Shown one piece after another: positions 8,681 through 18,747 of a stretch of 64,000 nt of DNA. The DNA is from Candidatus Heimdallarchaeota archaeon (GTDB lineage: Archaea > Asgardarchaeota > Heimdallarchaeia > Heimdallarchaeales > Heimdallarchaeaceae), in NCBI GenBank assembly GCA_019057815.1, contig JAHLWR010000002.1, positions 128,001-192,000 on the forward strand. Reading direction: 5' to 3'. Made by a program: the position numbers and the translations under genes. The first letter of the stretch is position 1. Each line of letters opens with the position of its first letter. The notes under the pieces are model-generated. The model was not told where the DNA came from and did not search any database. It was given only the letters and a program-made list of their open reading frames with translations.

Positions 8681-10366
8681 CTACGATATTCTATCCATTA
8701 AATCTTTAATGAATGTCATTATAGTCAAAAATTCAGTTTCTTTCAATAAACGAGGTCTTCCCAAAAAGGCATCAATTCGTTTTAATTGAGGAAGAATATT
8801 TTTGACTTTCAAAGATGGATCTCTTTCTAAAAAGAATTCCGTTACTTCTTGTGGTGTATCAAGAGGACTACCAGATATTTTTCTAGCTCCTCTCAATAAT
8901 GCTCGATATAAGAGACTAATCGCTTCTTTGAATGCTCCTGTCTCTGTGATTCTCCGTATTTCTCTTTCAAATCTTGATTTTCCTGCTTCTCCCCTGTATT
9001 TTGTCCACAATACAGGTGTTAATCTTGTTTTCTTTGGAATAAGAGGATATGCTAATACTGCAATAAATATAGGTATAAATGGTGCGTATAAAGGAAACAT
9101 TGACATTTCAGTTATAAAGCGCATCAAAGTCATTGAATATATAGAAGCACTATAGAATTTTTGATGAACATGTCCTTCATCAAATATAATAGGGTAGGGT
9201 TCTCCTGCAGTTATGTTAAGATCCTGTGTGGCATAATCAAACAAGTTTTGACAGAATCTTAAATTGTCATTATCGTCAGTTTTTTCAATCCATTTGTTAA
9301 TAAAAATATCTGGATCGCCAATCATTATAATTTTACCATTACCTATAGGAAGAGTCATCATAGGAGCAAATTTTACATTTCCCCACTCATCTTCGTCAGG
9401 GGTTGCTGTCCCTTCTTTTGCTGCTTGAAAATCTGACTCTAACCATGCAGATTTGGAGGTATAAAATGGTAGAAATGGCAAGAATTGATCTTCTATTGAT
9501 CTGCCAAATAGAGACAAGGATACAGCCTGCATTGGCATCCAATCAGATTGATAGATTTTCACAGTCTGTGGGACACCTTGGTCAATGTATACACTATGAT
9601 TTATTTTTATACTAATAACAGTACCAAACTCCATTTGTATACCCTTGGTAATCCCATTAGTTAACGGGTTTGTCCCCTCAAACTCTTTTAAAAGTGGCTG
9701 AGCTGGATTAGTAGTATAACTTTCTGCATCCATTAATACTGAATTATTGAAACCAATACCTTTTAACATCCCTGCAATCATCGTGAAAATAAGATCTCCT
9801 CCTTCCTGTGTTGCATTTCCAAATAATTCGGATAATGAAGTTATTTTTCCTCCACTTACTGAAGCGACATCATCCCAAGTTTCTAATAAATTGAAGAGTG
9901 GTTCAAATATTTCAGAACCTGTTCCGTAATCATCAGCAATGATTAAACTTCCACCTCGTGCAAGAAACGCTATCATTGAAATAGTATCAGCTTGACTATA
10001 TTTTGTTGCTGGTCCAATGACTGTTACTACAGCTGATCTATTAAATCTATTTAGAATATTAAGTGATGACATACCATTTAATATCTCATATTTCTGTCCA
10101 TAAGCAGTTGTTTCTTGTTCTAAAAACAAGCGTACGCTAGAAAGCCCATCCCATCCTTCATTGTATATTGAGAACTTTGTCCCGAAGCTACCTAGCCCTA
10201 CCATTCCTAGAAATATAGGTACCACTATTACCATGAAGAGAAGAAACATTGCAATTGAGTACTTCGTAAAGGAAGGACGCCAACTAAGCTTTCTTCTTGA
10301 TGCTCTTTCGCTTCTTGACAACTTTCTTCTTTGTTGACTTCTTCTTTTGTTTTCCTCTTGGCTCAA
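8681..10366 (-). CDS. DUF4350-like membrane-anchored protein
   Basis: N-terminal TM, FSIYNEGWDGLS, FLARGGSLIIADD, GKIIMIGDPDIFIN, IIFDEGH, C-terminal TM and helical tail. Directly upstream of moxR. Confidence 0.82.
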   Translation of the reverse strand: MSQEENKRRSQQRRKLSRSERASRRKLSWRPSFTKYSIAMFLLFMVIVVPIFLGMVGLGSFGTKFSIYNEGWDGLSSVRLFLEQETTAYGQKYEILNGMSSLNILNRFNRSAVVTVIGPATKYSQADTISMIAFLARGGSLIIADDYGTGSEIFEPLFNLLETWDDVASVSGGKITSLSELFGNATQEGGDLIFTMIAGMLKGIGFNNSVLMDAESYTTNPAQPLLKEFEGTNPLTNGITKGIQMEFGTVISIKINHSVYIDQGVPQTVKIYQSDWMPMQAVSLSLFGRSIEDQFLPFLPFYTSKSAWLESDFQAAKEGTATPDEDEWGNVKFAPMMTLPIGNGKIIMIGDPDIFINKWIEKTDDNDNLRFCQNLFDYATQDLNITAGEPYPIIFDEGHVHQKFYSASIYSMTLMRFITEMSMFPLYAPFIPIFIAVLAYPLIPKKTRLTPVLWTKYRGEAGKSRFEREIRRITETGAFKEAISLLYRALLRGARKISGSPLDTPQEVTEFFLERDPSLKVKNILPQLKRIDAFLGRPRLLKETEFLTIMTFIKDLMDRIS

Positions 10367-10766
10367 CTACTTCTACATCCTGTTCTCTTATACCTCTGAA
10401 ACAGATATCTAATCGCTGTATAGCCTCTTGATAGTCTTCATAAGTGACTTCTCTGTCAGTATAACGAGCAATTTCAAAGGAGACCATATATTCATCCATT
10501 ACTTCTGCGGAAATGTTCGCCTCATTAGATATTTCAAAACCAAATTCACGTCCAGTTGTATTAGAAGAACGAATCATATTTAATAAATCATGAGCAATGG
10601 TTGTTAAACCTCCAAATGAAGCGATTACAGCTCCGCGATAATCTTGCCTTTGTTCGAAGATTCTAACATCTCCCATGACTGTATTAAATATTTGATCTAA
10701 TCTCTTAACTTGTTTTTTCCTTTTGAAGAAACCAAATATACCTCTGTTACTCAACTTTCTTTTCAC
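10284..10766 (-). CDS. DUF4129-like soluble protein with Lys-rich tail
   Basis: DYRGAVIASF..TGREF..FEIARYTDREVTYEDY pattern. True start may be the TTG a few codons downstream of AGGTGA. Confidence 0.72.
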   Translation of the reverse strand: MKRKLSNRGIFGFFKRKKQVKRLDQIFNTVMGDVRIFEQRQDYRGAVIASFGGLTTIAHDLLNMIRSSNTTGREFGFEISNEANISAEVMDEYMVSFEIARYTDREVTYEDYQEAIQRLDICFRGIREQDVEVVEPRGKQKKKSTKKKVVKKRKSIKKKA

Positions 10767-10772
10767 CTACAT

Positions 10773-13700
10773 TTATGTTTCAATTTCCATTTTACTAACT
10801 TCTAGTTGATCTATAGTTTTAAGGAGTGCTCTCACTCCTGCATTATAATCTTCTTCGGTTATAGGTTCATGACTATAACGCGCTTTTTCGAAATAATAAG
10901 TTATTGTAGCCATAGTTTCTTTTTGGATTTTTGCTTTTGCTGCTAAGAGAAAAGCAAATTCCATCGGTGTTTGATGTTTATATCTTGGAAGTTCGTAGAA
11001 CTCTCTACCTACACCTTCTACTACGTTCCACATTTTTATTAAACCTTCCTTATATCTTCCCTCAACTCCATCTCTTTTTATTTCTTCAATAATTTCTCTT
11101 AGGTAATCTCTTAATCTTCTTCTAAGAGTTTGTTTTTTAGCATAAGTTTGTAAAGAGTGTCTATTAATCCAGAAGAATAGAGCTATTATAACAACAGCTA
11201 AACCACCAACAACTCCACCGATGAGTGCACCGAGGTTTAGATCAGTACTACCACCAGGAGGAATAACAGGAGGAGGATTAACAACACTTAATAGCACAGG
11301 AGGTGTAGTAAGCAAATTATTGACAATATCATATGATAATAAATAGTAATTTAATGGAAAAGGATCTTCACTTGTTTCAGCTAGGGGATAAATAGAAAGA
11401 TTAAATGATGCAAAATATGTGTTTGTTGTTCCAACTTGAGTTAAATTCACAAGTATTGTCTGTCCATTATAATAAATATAAACTGTAACATTTTGTATAC
11501 CTGATCGTTCATCAGTAAGAATTATAGTAAAATTAAGAACAGTGTCGGCTTCTATAACTATGCCTGTATAATCAACAACTAAACCACCAGGGCCAATTAC
11601 AGGAGCGTCAGAGTCTATAGATGCTAGATTTCTTGTTACACTTGTGAAAGCATTGTTTGTGGGGTCTGCATTATCAGATGCAATATAGTACCAAGTGTAT
11701 TCATAATTATACTCCCCATCAAAGACATAAAACCATTGGTTAGTACCAGGAACGTTTGTCATTGTGTCATTAATATAATTTTCTTCCCAGACATCACTAC
11801 CTTCTACACTTCGATTAACATAAATTCTTACAGATGAAATATCTGTGTATATTAAACTGTCATTAACAAAAACTGTAATATTAAACCAAGGATTATCTAG
11901 TTCTGGAGATGTTAAGGTAACCGGAACTCCTTCTTCCACTGGTTCTTCATAATCCCCTATTTGATACTCATTATAGTGTGTACTATTATATAAATAAGTA
12001 ATCCATCCAAAGGTTACATCGTATTGTGCAACAGCTTGTCTTGTTCCACCAGCAGTTAAACCATAACCTGCAAAATCTTTGACCTCAATGTAATATTGTA
12101 TATAATTTTGTGCATACATCGTATTTATACTTAAAGTAGCTTCATATTGACCTCCCCCAATATCGATTAAAGTAATATTAGTCCATGTTTCTATTACACC
12201 TACACCCTCTTCATAAATTTGGTAGAACAATTTTACAAAGTTTATACCCGTTCCCACATCTGATGCAGTGACAGTAAAAGTAACATCAAAATAAGGTTCA
12301 TGTGGGACTATTATTAATGGATCTGGTGTGCGTATTTCTGCTGTTATTTGAGGTACATCATAATCTGGACCATAAATGTAAATTGTATGAGTTATTGACT
12401 CTGCATAAACCAATCCAGGAAGGACGTTTGCTGTGATTACAAGACCAGCAGGATAAGCTATTGATAGATCTAACCCACTGCTATCCAAATCACTCACAGT
12501 ATAAAGGACATAGTGAACAGCACTAGTGACTCCATCAGGGAGATTGTTTACTTCATCTCCTGCAAGAGTTATTGAAATCATCGCACCTAACGGTTTCCTA
12601 CCGAATTGATCTCTTACTGTAAGATTATATGCTTGAGCTGTCAATGAAGAATAGAAAGTATTGTTGAATTCTGTCCAATCAGCCACTGGATTATCTTGAG
12701 GATCAGTGAAAGTTAAAGTAAGATCATAATAGGTGTTAAAGGTGACGTTTGTTGAATCTACCCCTATTACATTATAACGATAAGTTACTTGGGTTTCATT
12801 CAAAGCATCTACTTGAATAGTTTTATTTTCTGTTTGAAGTGTAAAATCCGGGACATTTCTATTCAATATTATATTCCCACTTGCTTCAGTTATAAATTCC
12901 ACTAACCCTATTTCTGGAAAGGTTAAACTGAATCTTGAAAGAGGAGCTTTATTTCCAGCTTCATCTATAACAGTTATATTATAATAAATGATTTCCCCTG
13001 GAGTGTAAAAATTCCCATCAGGGTTATTATACAAATTAATTTCAATTGAGTAGATATTTATTGCATAGTGAACAGTTAAATCATCATCATTCAAAAGAGC
13101 TGCTCCAAATTCAGATGAAAGAGCCTCAAAATGGATATTTATTGTGTCTGTGATATCCGTAATGTTGCTTGTGAGATCATAAGTTTTCCGGATTTCAGCT
13201 TGTAAATCAGTTAAAAGGTCTTCTACAATATATACTCCTCCACCGCCAATTATAGTTACTCTTATTGTCTTACTAGGCTCAGCACCAGTATCTGAAGTTA
13301 AATTAGCAAAAACAGTGAAAGTAGAACCATATACAACCTCAACTGGCGTTTTTGTGTATGATAATATTCCAACTTCAAAATATGCATCAACAACTACTTG
13401 GTTGTCTGTCTTTGTAGTGTTATAATAAGCGAGGAATCTATCGTTTTCTGGGTCAACAGAATCATTATCTCTAAAGAAAGTCAACCCTAATGGCGCAAAA
13501 TTATAGAATACAGTTATGTCTACGTCTTGTACAAGTAGAGGAGCTGTTCCAGAATAAATATCGTTGTAGGGGGAAATTATACCAAAAGTACGATTACCAT
13601 TGAAATCTGTTCCACTAACCCACCACTCTACCTTAAGGGTATATTCATTGCCTTGTGTGTCTACTACTGACCCATTATCAAAATAACATTGACTAGTAAT

Positions 13701-14480
13701 AGTATAACCTTGACCTGGATTCGTGATTGCTGTTGTCACATCAAGATCTATAGACCCATAGAAGGTTACATTAACATTACCAGGACTAAAACTTCCTCTA
13801 CCAACTTCAGTATGTCCCCAGAAGTAAGTAAAAAGATCAATTTTGCCTATTTTGGAGAAGGGATTAGCAGAAATAACAGAAGTTAACAGATCAATTTGAA
13901 ATTCACCTTGTCCAGACGTTGTACCAAAACCAACCTCATATTGTAGGTTTCCTTGATAGAATAAAGGTGCACTCTCGAATTGATATTTCGTAACATTATA
14001 ATATAAATAAACTGTTTCACCATTCCAATAATCTCCTTCCCAAACGTACAATTGTCCTTCAACTGTCACTGTATCCCCTCTAAAAGCATAATCAGGAACA
14101 GTATTTCCAGGTTCATTTATTACTAGCTTAATGTCAGTGGGTGCTTTTCTGGAGTCAGCGATTATTGTACCATTGTTATTTCTAACTACCAGACCATTAT
14201 CACATGGTCTCTGCAGTTCATTAGAATAATAATTTTCACTCCCTTCATCAAATTCTTTACTAATAATAGGTTGAGTTGATGAAATACCCATTGAATTATC
14301 TTTCCTCTCGTTTTGTGTTATTGACACTTTTTCTTTAGAGAGTTGAGAATCTACTAGATTTGCATCCAATCGATCTTCATTTTGATGTAATGTTGCTTGA
14401 AGCGGGGTAAACATCATTAAAGCCAATAATGAAAATAAAAGAATCGCAAGAAATTTGGGTTTATAGCTTCTCTGTGTCAT
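10773..14480 (-). CDS. Large type-I membrane surface protein (signal peptide, beta-rich Ig-like ectodomain, single TM, cytoplasmic DUF4129-like domain)
   Basis: Hydrophobic N-terminus, many N-x-T/S sequons, Pro-rich linker PPPVIPPGG, TM GALIGGVVGGLAVVIIALFFWI, tail TPMEF..YFEKARYSHEPITEEDY. Confidence 0.82.
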   Translation of the reverse strand: MTQRSYKPKFLAILLFSLLALMMFTPLQATLHQNEDRLDANLVDSQLSKEKVSITQNERKDNSMGISSTQPIISKEFDEGSENYYSNELQRPCDNGLVVRNNNGTIIADSRKAPTDIKLVINEPGNTVPDYAFRGDTVTVEGQLYVWEGDYWNGETVYLYYNVTKYQFESAPLFYQGNLQYEVGFGTTSGQGEFQIDLLTSVISANPFSKIGKIDLFTYFWGHTEVGRGSFSPGNVNVTFYGSIDLDVTTAITNPGQGYTITSQCYFDNGSVVDTQGNEYTLKVEWWVSGTDFNGNRTFGIISPYNDIYSGTAPLLVQDVDITVFYNFAPLGLTFFRDNDSVDPENDRFLAYYNTTKTDNQVVVDAYFEVGILSYTKTPVEVVYGSTFTVFANLTSDTGAEPSKTIRVTIIGGGGVYIVEDLLTDLQAEIRKTYDLTSNITDITDTINIHFEALSSEFGAALLNDDDLTVHYAINIYSIEINLYNNPDGNFYTPGEIIYYNITVIDEAGNKAPLSRFSLTFPEIGLVEFITEASGNIILNRNVPDFTLQTENKTIQVDALNETQVTYRYNVIGVDSTNVTFNTYYDLTLTFTDPQDNPVADWTEFNNTFYSSLTAQAYNLTVRDQFGRKPLGAMISITLAGDEVNNLPDGVTSAVHYVLYTVSDLDSSGLDLSIAYPAGLVITANVLPGLVYAESITHTIYIYGPDYDVPQITAEIRTPDPLIIVPHEPYFDVTFTVTASDVGTGINFVKLFYQIYEEGVGVIETWTNITLIDIGGGQYEATLSINTMYAQNYIQYYIEVKDFAGYGLTAGGTRQAVAQYDVTFGWITYLYNSTHYNEYQIGDYEEPVEEGVPVTLTSPELDNPWFNITVFVNDSLIYTDISSVRIYVNRSVEGSDVWEENYINDTMTNVPGTNQWFYVFDGEYNYEYTWYYIASDNADPTNNAFTSVTRNLASIDSDAPVIGPGGLVVDYTGIVIEADTVLNFTIILTDERSGIQNVTVYIYYNGQTILVNLTQVGTTNTYFASFNLSIYPLAETSEDPFPLNYYLLSYDIVNNLLTTPPVLLSVVNPPPVIPPGGSTDLNLGALIGGVVGGLAVVIIALFFWINRHSLQTYAKKQTLRRRLRDYLREIIEEIKRDGVEGRYKEGLIKMWNVVEGVGREFYELPRYKHQTPMEFAFLLAAKAKIQKETMATITYYFEKARYSHEPITEEDYNAGVRALLKTIDQLEVSKMEIET

Positions 14481-17400
14481 TAGAATCCCTCTTCAGTATA
14501 ACTTACTAAACAAAATTCTTCCTTTAAAATCTTTATTGGATAAGAGTAATGACTAAATGATAAAACACATAATTTATGTGTTCTTATCATGAAGGTTGAC
14601 ATATATAATTTAATTTCCAAATCGTAATAAGAGCTTGTTATTTCCCAATCTGATGTTTGTTTTAGATAATCAGAATAATCTCCTTCGGAGTTCATCTCCA
14701 AATTTGGCATCAAAGTTTCAACGGTTATTAAGAGGTCAACAGAAGCGTTCCATCGTTCAAGATAAAAAGTTACAACTTTAAACAGACCTGCTCCAAATTT
14801 ACTTGCATCTATCCTATATACATCACTAAATTGTCCAGTCAAATCAGTACTTCCATTTCCAAGACTTATGATATTTTTTAGAGGTTTAGAGTCGTTAAGT
14901 GTTTGGAGTTCTGAAAGGTATGTGGTTGAATTCTTCGTCCCAGTATAAGCTTCATAATCAGCCAGAGGCATCATCCATACTTGAATTGCTTCATCTTCAA
15001 TTGAACCTACGGGAACACCTAGTGGAGACATCAGGAAAAGCGAAAAATCAAAAGCTTCAAAGAAAATAAAATCAGTAGGTGTTACAATTTCTGAAGTTGA
15101 ATTAATGTCCACAGTTGAACTTATGCCGTCCATAAGGTAGAAGTAGGAGAAAGTATAGTTCTGACCATAATTAGCTATTATTGCATAAGCTTGATCAGTT
15201 GTGAGACCATCTAGAAGATCTTCACGCAATGGTGATGTGTGATTGAGACTATAAACCCTAGAAACACCAAAAAGATCGGTTGTTCCGTTGCCCAATTCTT
15301 TTTCAGGAGGAACGAATGTTCCAGTATTTATTATTGTATTCAATTGGCTCAGTGTATAAACATAATAGTAAACATCGCGATCTGGAAGAACGGTTAAAAG
15401 TCCCGGGTCTTCGTAGAGAATACTCGAAATCTCGTAGTTCAAACCTTTTTGTGTTATATAAAGCGATTCTGTGAGCCCCGTACTAGGTATTACTTGTTGT
15501 GTTGCATTAATCGAAACACCGCTAAGATAGCCTTCTGGTACTATTGCAAAAGAGGTTATAGCATATGCAGCAAAACCACTGTATGCAGCTAGAATGTAGG
15601 TTGTACCCATATAATTGTCTATATCGAATTGAACGTAATCACTAGCGTTGAAACTATATATTAACTCTGCTTCACCTAAAACATCAGTAGCTGCTTCTCC
15701 AACATCATTTCCCAAAGCTAGTAAGTTTGCAGGTGTATCTATATTATCAGAAAATTGTTGTAATGTATAAGTGCGGTAAGATATCGGTACGTTTGTTCCT
15801 GGACTACCCCCACTTGTTGCTGTTGCCCGAAGTGTATAATCAGTTGAAAAATCAATCATGTAAGCTTCATCTGGAGCTTGTGGAGGAAGAGATGGATGGG
15901 GAGGTATTGGCTGAGTTGTTAGTGCAGAATAACCAGGTGGTTCTCCAAGCATCTCAAGTGTAAGATTGTAACTGGAATGTAGAGTATTTTCACAATAAAT
16001 TAGAGTGCTACCTGACACATAAGGTACTATTTGGAATTGACCCCAGCTATATTTAGTTACTCCTCCTTCTTCATATGGAAGGAGAGCTTCTATCCATGCA
16101 AATAGATTTTCAAGTTTTAATTCTCTATTTGTTGATGTTCCGTCTCCTAGTGCAAAACCTATCACAGGACGAGCTGGAATACCTTGTATTCTTAAAGCTA
16201 CTAAAGCTAAGGCTAAATAGTCAGTAGCAGCTTTATCACTCTGTCCAGTTACAAGAAGTTGAGCTCTATCTTGACCTGTATTATCACCTTGAGCCGTTTC
16301 AGGGAGTCCAAAAGTAGTTAAAATCGAATCGATATCATAAGTTATCTGTTGGTATACACTATCAAAACCTAAAATTTCTCCGTTAGTTTTTAAGTCAGAA
16401 GCAAAACTCCAGACATCTGGTGAAATAGTCCTGTAATTATCTGGTAGTTGAAGAAACATCGAATAAGTATCATTAAATGAAGAACTGCCGTAACCTCCAG
16501 TGGTAAAACCTAAAGCTCCATCCGTGCCATCAGTCGATTTAGTTAAAAAATCTTTTTCGCTTTGTGACATAGATAAGAAGTATGAGAAGTATTCAAATGC
16601 ACCTATGAATGCTAATGCATTCGTTGTAGCTGTTAGAGAGAGTTGTTCTCTTTGATTCCATCTTACTTTAGCGGTTCCACTTTTTGCAGCAGTTATTTTA
16701 TTGTCATCAGTTCCTGAATAGACATTATCTGTCCAATCTGCATCTTCGTCAATTAATGGAGTTTGATAGGAGTTCCATGTTGTTAACAAACTGCTTTGAA
16801 GTGATGTTGTTGCTGCATATACTTTTTGATCAACTTCAAAACGTGTATATGTTCCACTTGGTGGACCGTAATCATCATTTTCTAAGTCATACAATACAGC
16901 ATCATTTGACGCATCAAATTCCCAAGTTGTAGGGTTGTACCTATCGTATACTTCCCATCGATAGAGAAAATTCCCCAATGAACCTGAAACCACAGAAATA
17001 TTAGCAATATTCATATTTGCTAAAGTGTCATTCAAATCGATTGCATCCAATAAATCTAGTAATCCATCAATGTAAAAAGGTGCAGAACCAGTGAATAATG
17101 AGGAAAACCAATCCGCATTAACATCTTGTGCGTTTAGTTCACCCTCGGGTAAGTCACGATATTTTCCAATTAAACCCACATATGGGGAGAATAGAGAAAT
17201 CAGTAATGTCCCTATGGTTAATCCCATAAAAACAATTCTCCAAACATTATGTCTGGTTTGATATTTAATTAATGTAAACGGGAAGAATACAAGACCCGTT
17301 ATAATCGTTAATAAAATCCTTAGTGGAGTAAATTTAAATGCCATTTTGTAAGTCTCAAACGATAATAACAGAAGAAATACCTCTGCGAAAAGGATTATTG

Positions 17401-17659
17401 GAACAATTATATCCATAAAGAAAGATGGTAGAGCAATCGGTATAAATTTGATAAAATAGAAATTTACAATACTTGCAACCAAAAGACCAGTGAATATTGT
17501 AGTGAAAAAGATATTCTTTTTCCTAACACCCTTTGGCATCATAGCTTCGAGAGGTCTCTGTTTAGGTTTGCGTTTCAACCTTTTTGAAGCTACGACAACA
17601 GCTGGTTTTGTTTTGAGTTTTTTCCTAGTAGGTTTGAGTTTCTTTGGCTGCTTAGACAT
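14480..17659 (-). CDS. Membrane-anchored transglutaminase-like protein (catalytic triad apparently lost)
   Basis: Basic N-tail, about 4 TM helices, LRIQGIPARPVIGF..AWIEA core typical of transglutaminase-like domains, long beta-rich C-terminal part. Confidence 0.8.
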   Translation of the reverse strand: MSKQPKKLKPTRKKLKTKPAVVVASKRLKRKPKQRPLEAMMPKGVRKKNIFFTTIFTGLLVASIVNFYFIKFIPIALPSFFMDIIVPIILFAEVFLLLLSFETYKMAFKFTPLRILLTIITGLVFFPFTLIKYQTRHNVWRIVFMGLTIGTLLISLFSPYVGLIGKYRDLPEGELNAQDVNADWFSSLFTGSAPFYIDGLLDLLDAIDLNDTLANMNIANISVVSGSLGNFLYRWEVYDRYNPTTWEFDASNDAVLYDLENDDYGPPSGTYTRFEVDQKVYAATTSLQSSLLTTWNSYQTPLIDEDADWTDNVYSGTDDNKITAAKSGTAKVRWNQREQLSLTATTNALAFIGAFEYFSYFLSMSQSEKDFLTKSTDGTDGALGFTTGGYGSSSFNDTYSMFLQLPDNYRTISPDVWSFASDLKTNGEILGFDSVYQQITYDIDSILTTFGLPETAQGDNTGQDRAQLLVTGQSDKAATDYLALALVALRIQGIPARPVIGFALGDGTSTNRELKLENLFAWIEALLPYEEGGVTKYSWGQFQIVPYVSGSTLIYCENTLHSSYNLTLEMLGEPPGYSALTTQPIPPHPSLPPQAPDEAYMIDFSTDYTLRATATSGGSPGTNVPISYRTYTLQQFSDNIDTPANLLALGNDVGEAATDVLGEAELIYSFNASDYVQFDIDNYMGTTYILAAYSGFAAYAITSFAIVPEGYLSGVSINATQQVIPSTGLTESLYITQKGLNYEISSILYEDPGLLTVLPDRDVYYYVYTLSQLNTIINTGTFVPPEKELGNGTTDLFGVSRVYSLNHTSPLREDLLDGLTTDQAYAIIANYGQNYTFSYFYLMDGISSTVDINSTSEIVTPTDFIFFEAFDFSLFLMSPLGVPVGSIEDEAIQVWMMPLADYEAYTGTKNSTTYLSELQTLNDSKPLKNIISLGNGSTDLTGQFSDVYRIDASKFGAGLFKVVTFYLERWNASVDLLITVETLMPNLEMNSEGDYSDYLKQTSDWEITSSYYDLEIKLYMSTFMIRTHKLCVLSFSHYSYPIKILKEEFCLVSYTEEGF

Positions 17660-17895
17660 GGATTTTCCTCATTCTACAAAATATATTGGAATAATATATA
17701 TCATACTATAATTAATCTATAACAACATATATATTCAAAAACTTTTTGTGGGACATTTTTTCTTTTTGGATTTAAATAGGGTTTACAATTATACTCTTAA
17801 ACTTGGATAAAGTTGAACAGGAATACACAGGTCTAAAAGTGGCACAGAATAACGTCAAAGAAAATTTTTGTGACCTTTATATATGGATCTACTTC

Positions 17896-17996
17896 TTTGT
17901 CTACTGAGGATGAGATGGTACATGACAACTTGTAGTGTTTGCATCATCAAATCGTGGAAGGATGTCGTGTATTCATCTGCATCATGTGAGGGCAAA
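17896..17996 (+). ncRNA. Candidate structured RNA (long imperfect hairpin) upstream of thyX
   Basis: Pairings 17896-17902/17990-17996, 17909-17912/17980-17983, 17913-17917/17974-17978 and 17918-17927/17963-17972, with several G-U pairs that only work on the + strand. More GC-rich than flanks. TTTATATA at 17876-17883. Confidence 0.5.
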
Positions 17997-18014
17997 ATAT
18001 ATTAAGAAAGGAAA

Positions 18015-18746
18015 TTGTCAGTTTTCAATAAGGTTGTGATTCAAATAGAGGTTAAATTACTTTCTTATCCTTCAGAAATGGAATTAGTAGCAAAAATAGG
18101 GGCGGCTATTTGTTATTTGGGAAAACAAAAGTTTAGTGAAATTGAAGAAATCGCAAAAAACAAGCCAGATAGTTATTTACAGGAAATTATCAAGTCGAGA
18201 CATCTCTCGATTATTGAACATAACGTTTTTGTTTTTTACATCTCAGGTATAAGTAGAGTCGCCAGTCATCAGTTAGTGAGAAAAAGAATCGCTTCCTTCA
18301 GTCAACAATCACAGCGATACGTCAATGCATCGAATTTTGAATTCGTAACTCCTAATGAAATTGAAGGATCTCAATTCGCTGAAGAATATAAACAAACTGC
18401 AAAGAGAAATTTTGATCTTTACCAAAAAATGGTTAATGCAGGAGTGTCAAAAGAAACTGCGAGATATGTACTACCTAATGCTACAACAACACAACTTATA
18501 GTATCAATGAATGCACATGCGTTGATTGATTTTTTTGCTCAACGTTGTTGCAATCGAAGTCAAGGTGAAACACAAGAAATTGCTATGAAAATGTTAGAAG
18601 AAGTAAAACTCGTTTCTCCCACTATTTTCAAAGAAGCTGGAGCATTTTGCGATTTTTATGGTTATTGTCCTGAAAACTCAAATTCTTGTGGAAAGTCACT
18701 CACACTTTCCCAATTAAAGGAACAAAATAAGAACAAACAGCTATAA
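18015..18746 (+). CDS. thyX: Flavin-dependent thymidylate synthase
   Basis: HLSIIEH, ISRVASHQLVRKRIASFSQQSQRY, ETARYVLPN, MNAHAL..FF..RCC.RSQ.E. Confidence 0.93.
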   Translation: MSVFNKVVIQIEVKLLSYPSEMELVAKIGAAICYLGKQKFSEIEEIAKNKPDSYLQEIIKSRHLSIIEHNVFVFYISGISRVASHQLVRKRIASFSQQSQRYVNASNFEFVTPNEIEGSQFAEEYKQTAKRNFDLYQKMVNAGVSKETARYVLPNATTTQLIVSMNAHALIDFFAQRCCNRSQGETQEIAMKMLEEVKLVSPTIFKEAGAFCDFYGYCPENSNSCGKSLTLSQLKEQNKNKQL

Positions 18747-18747
18747 A

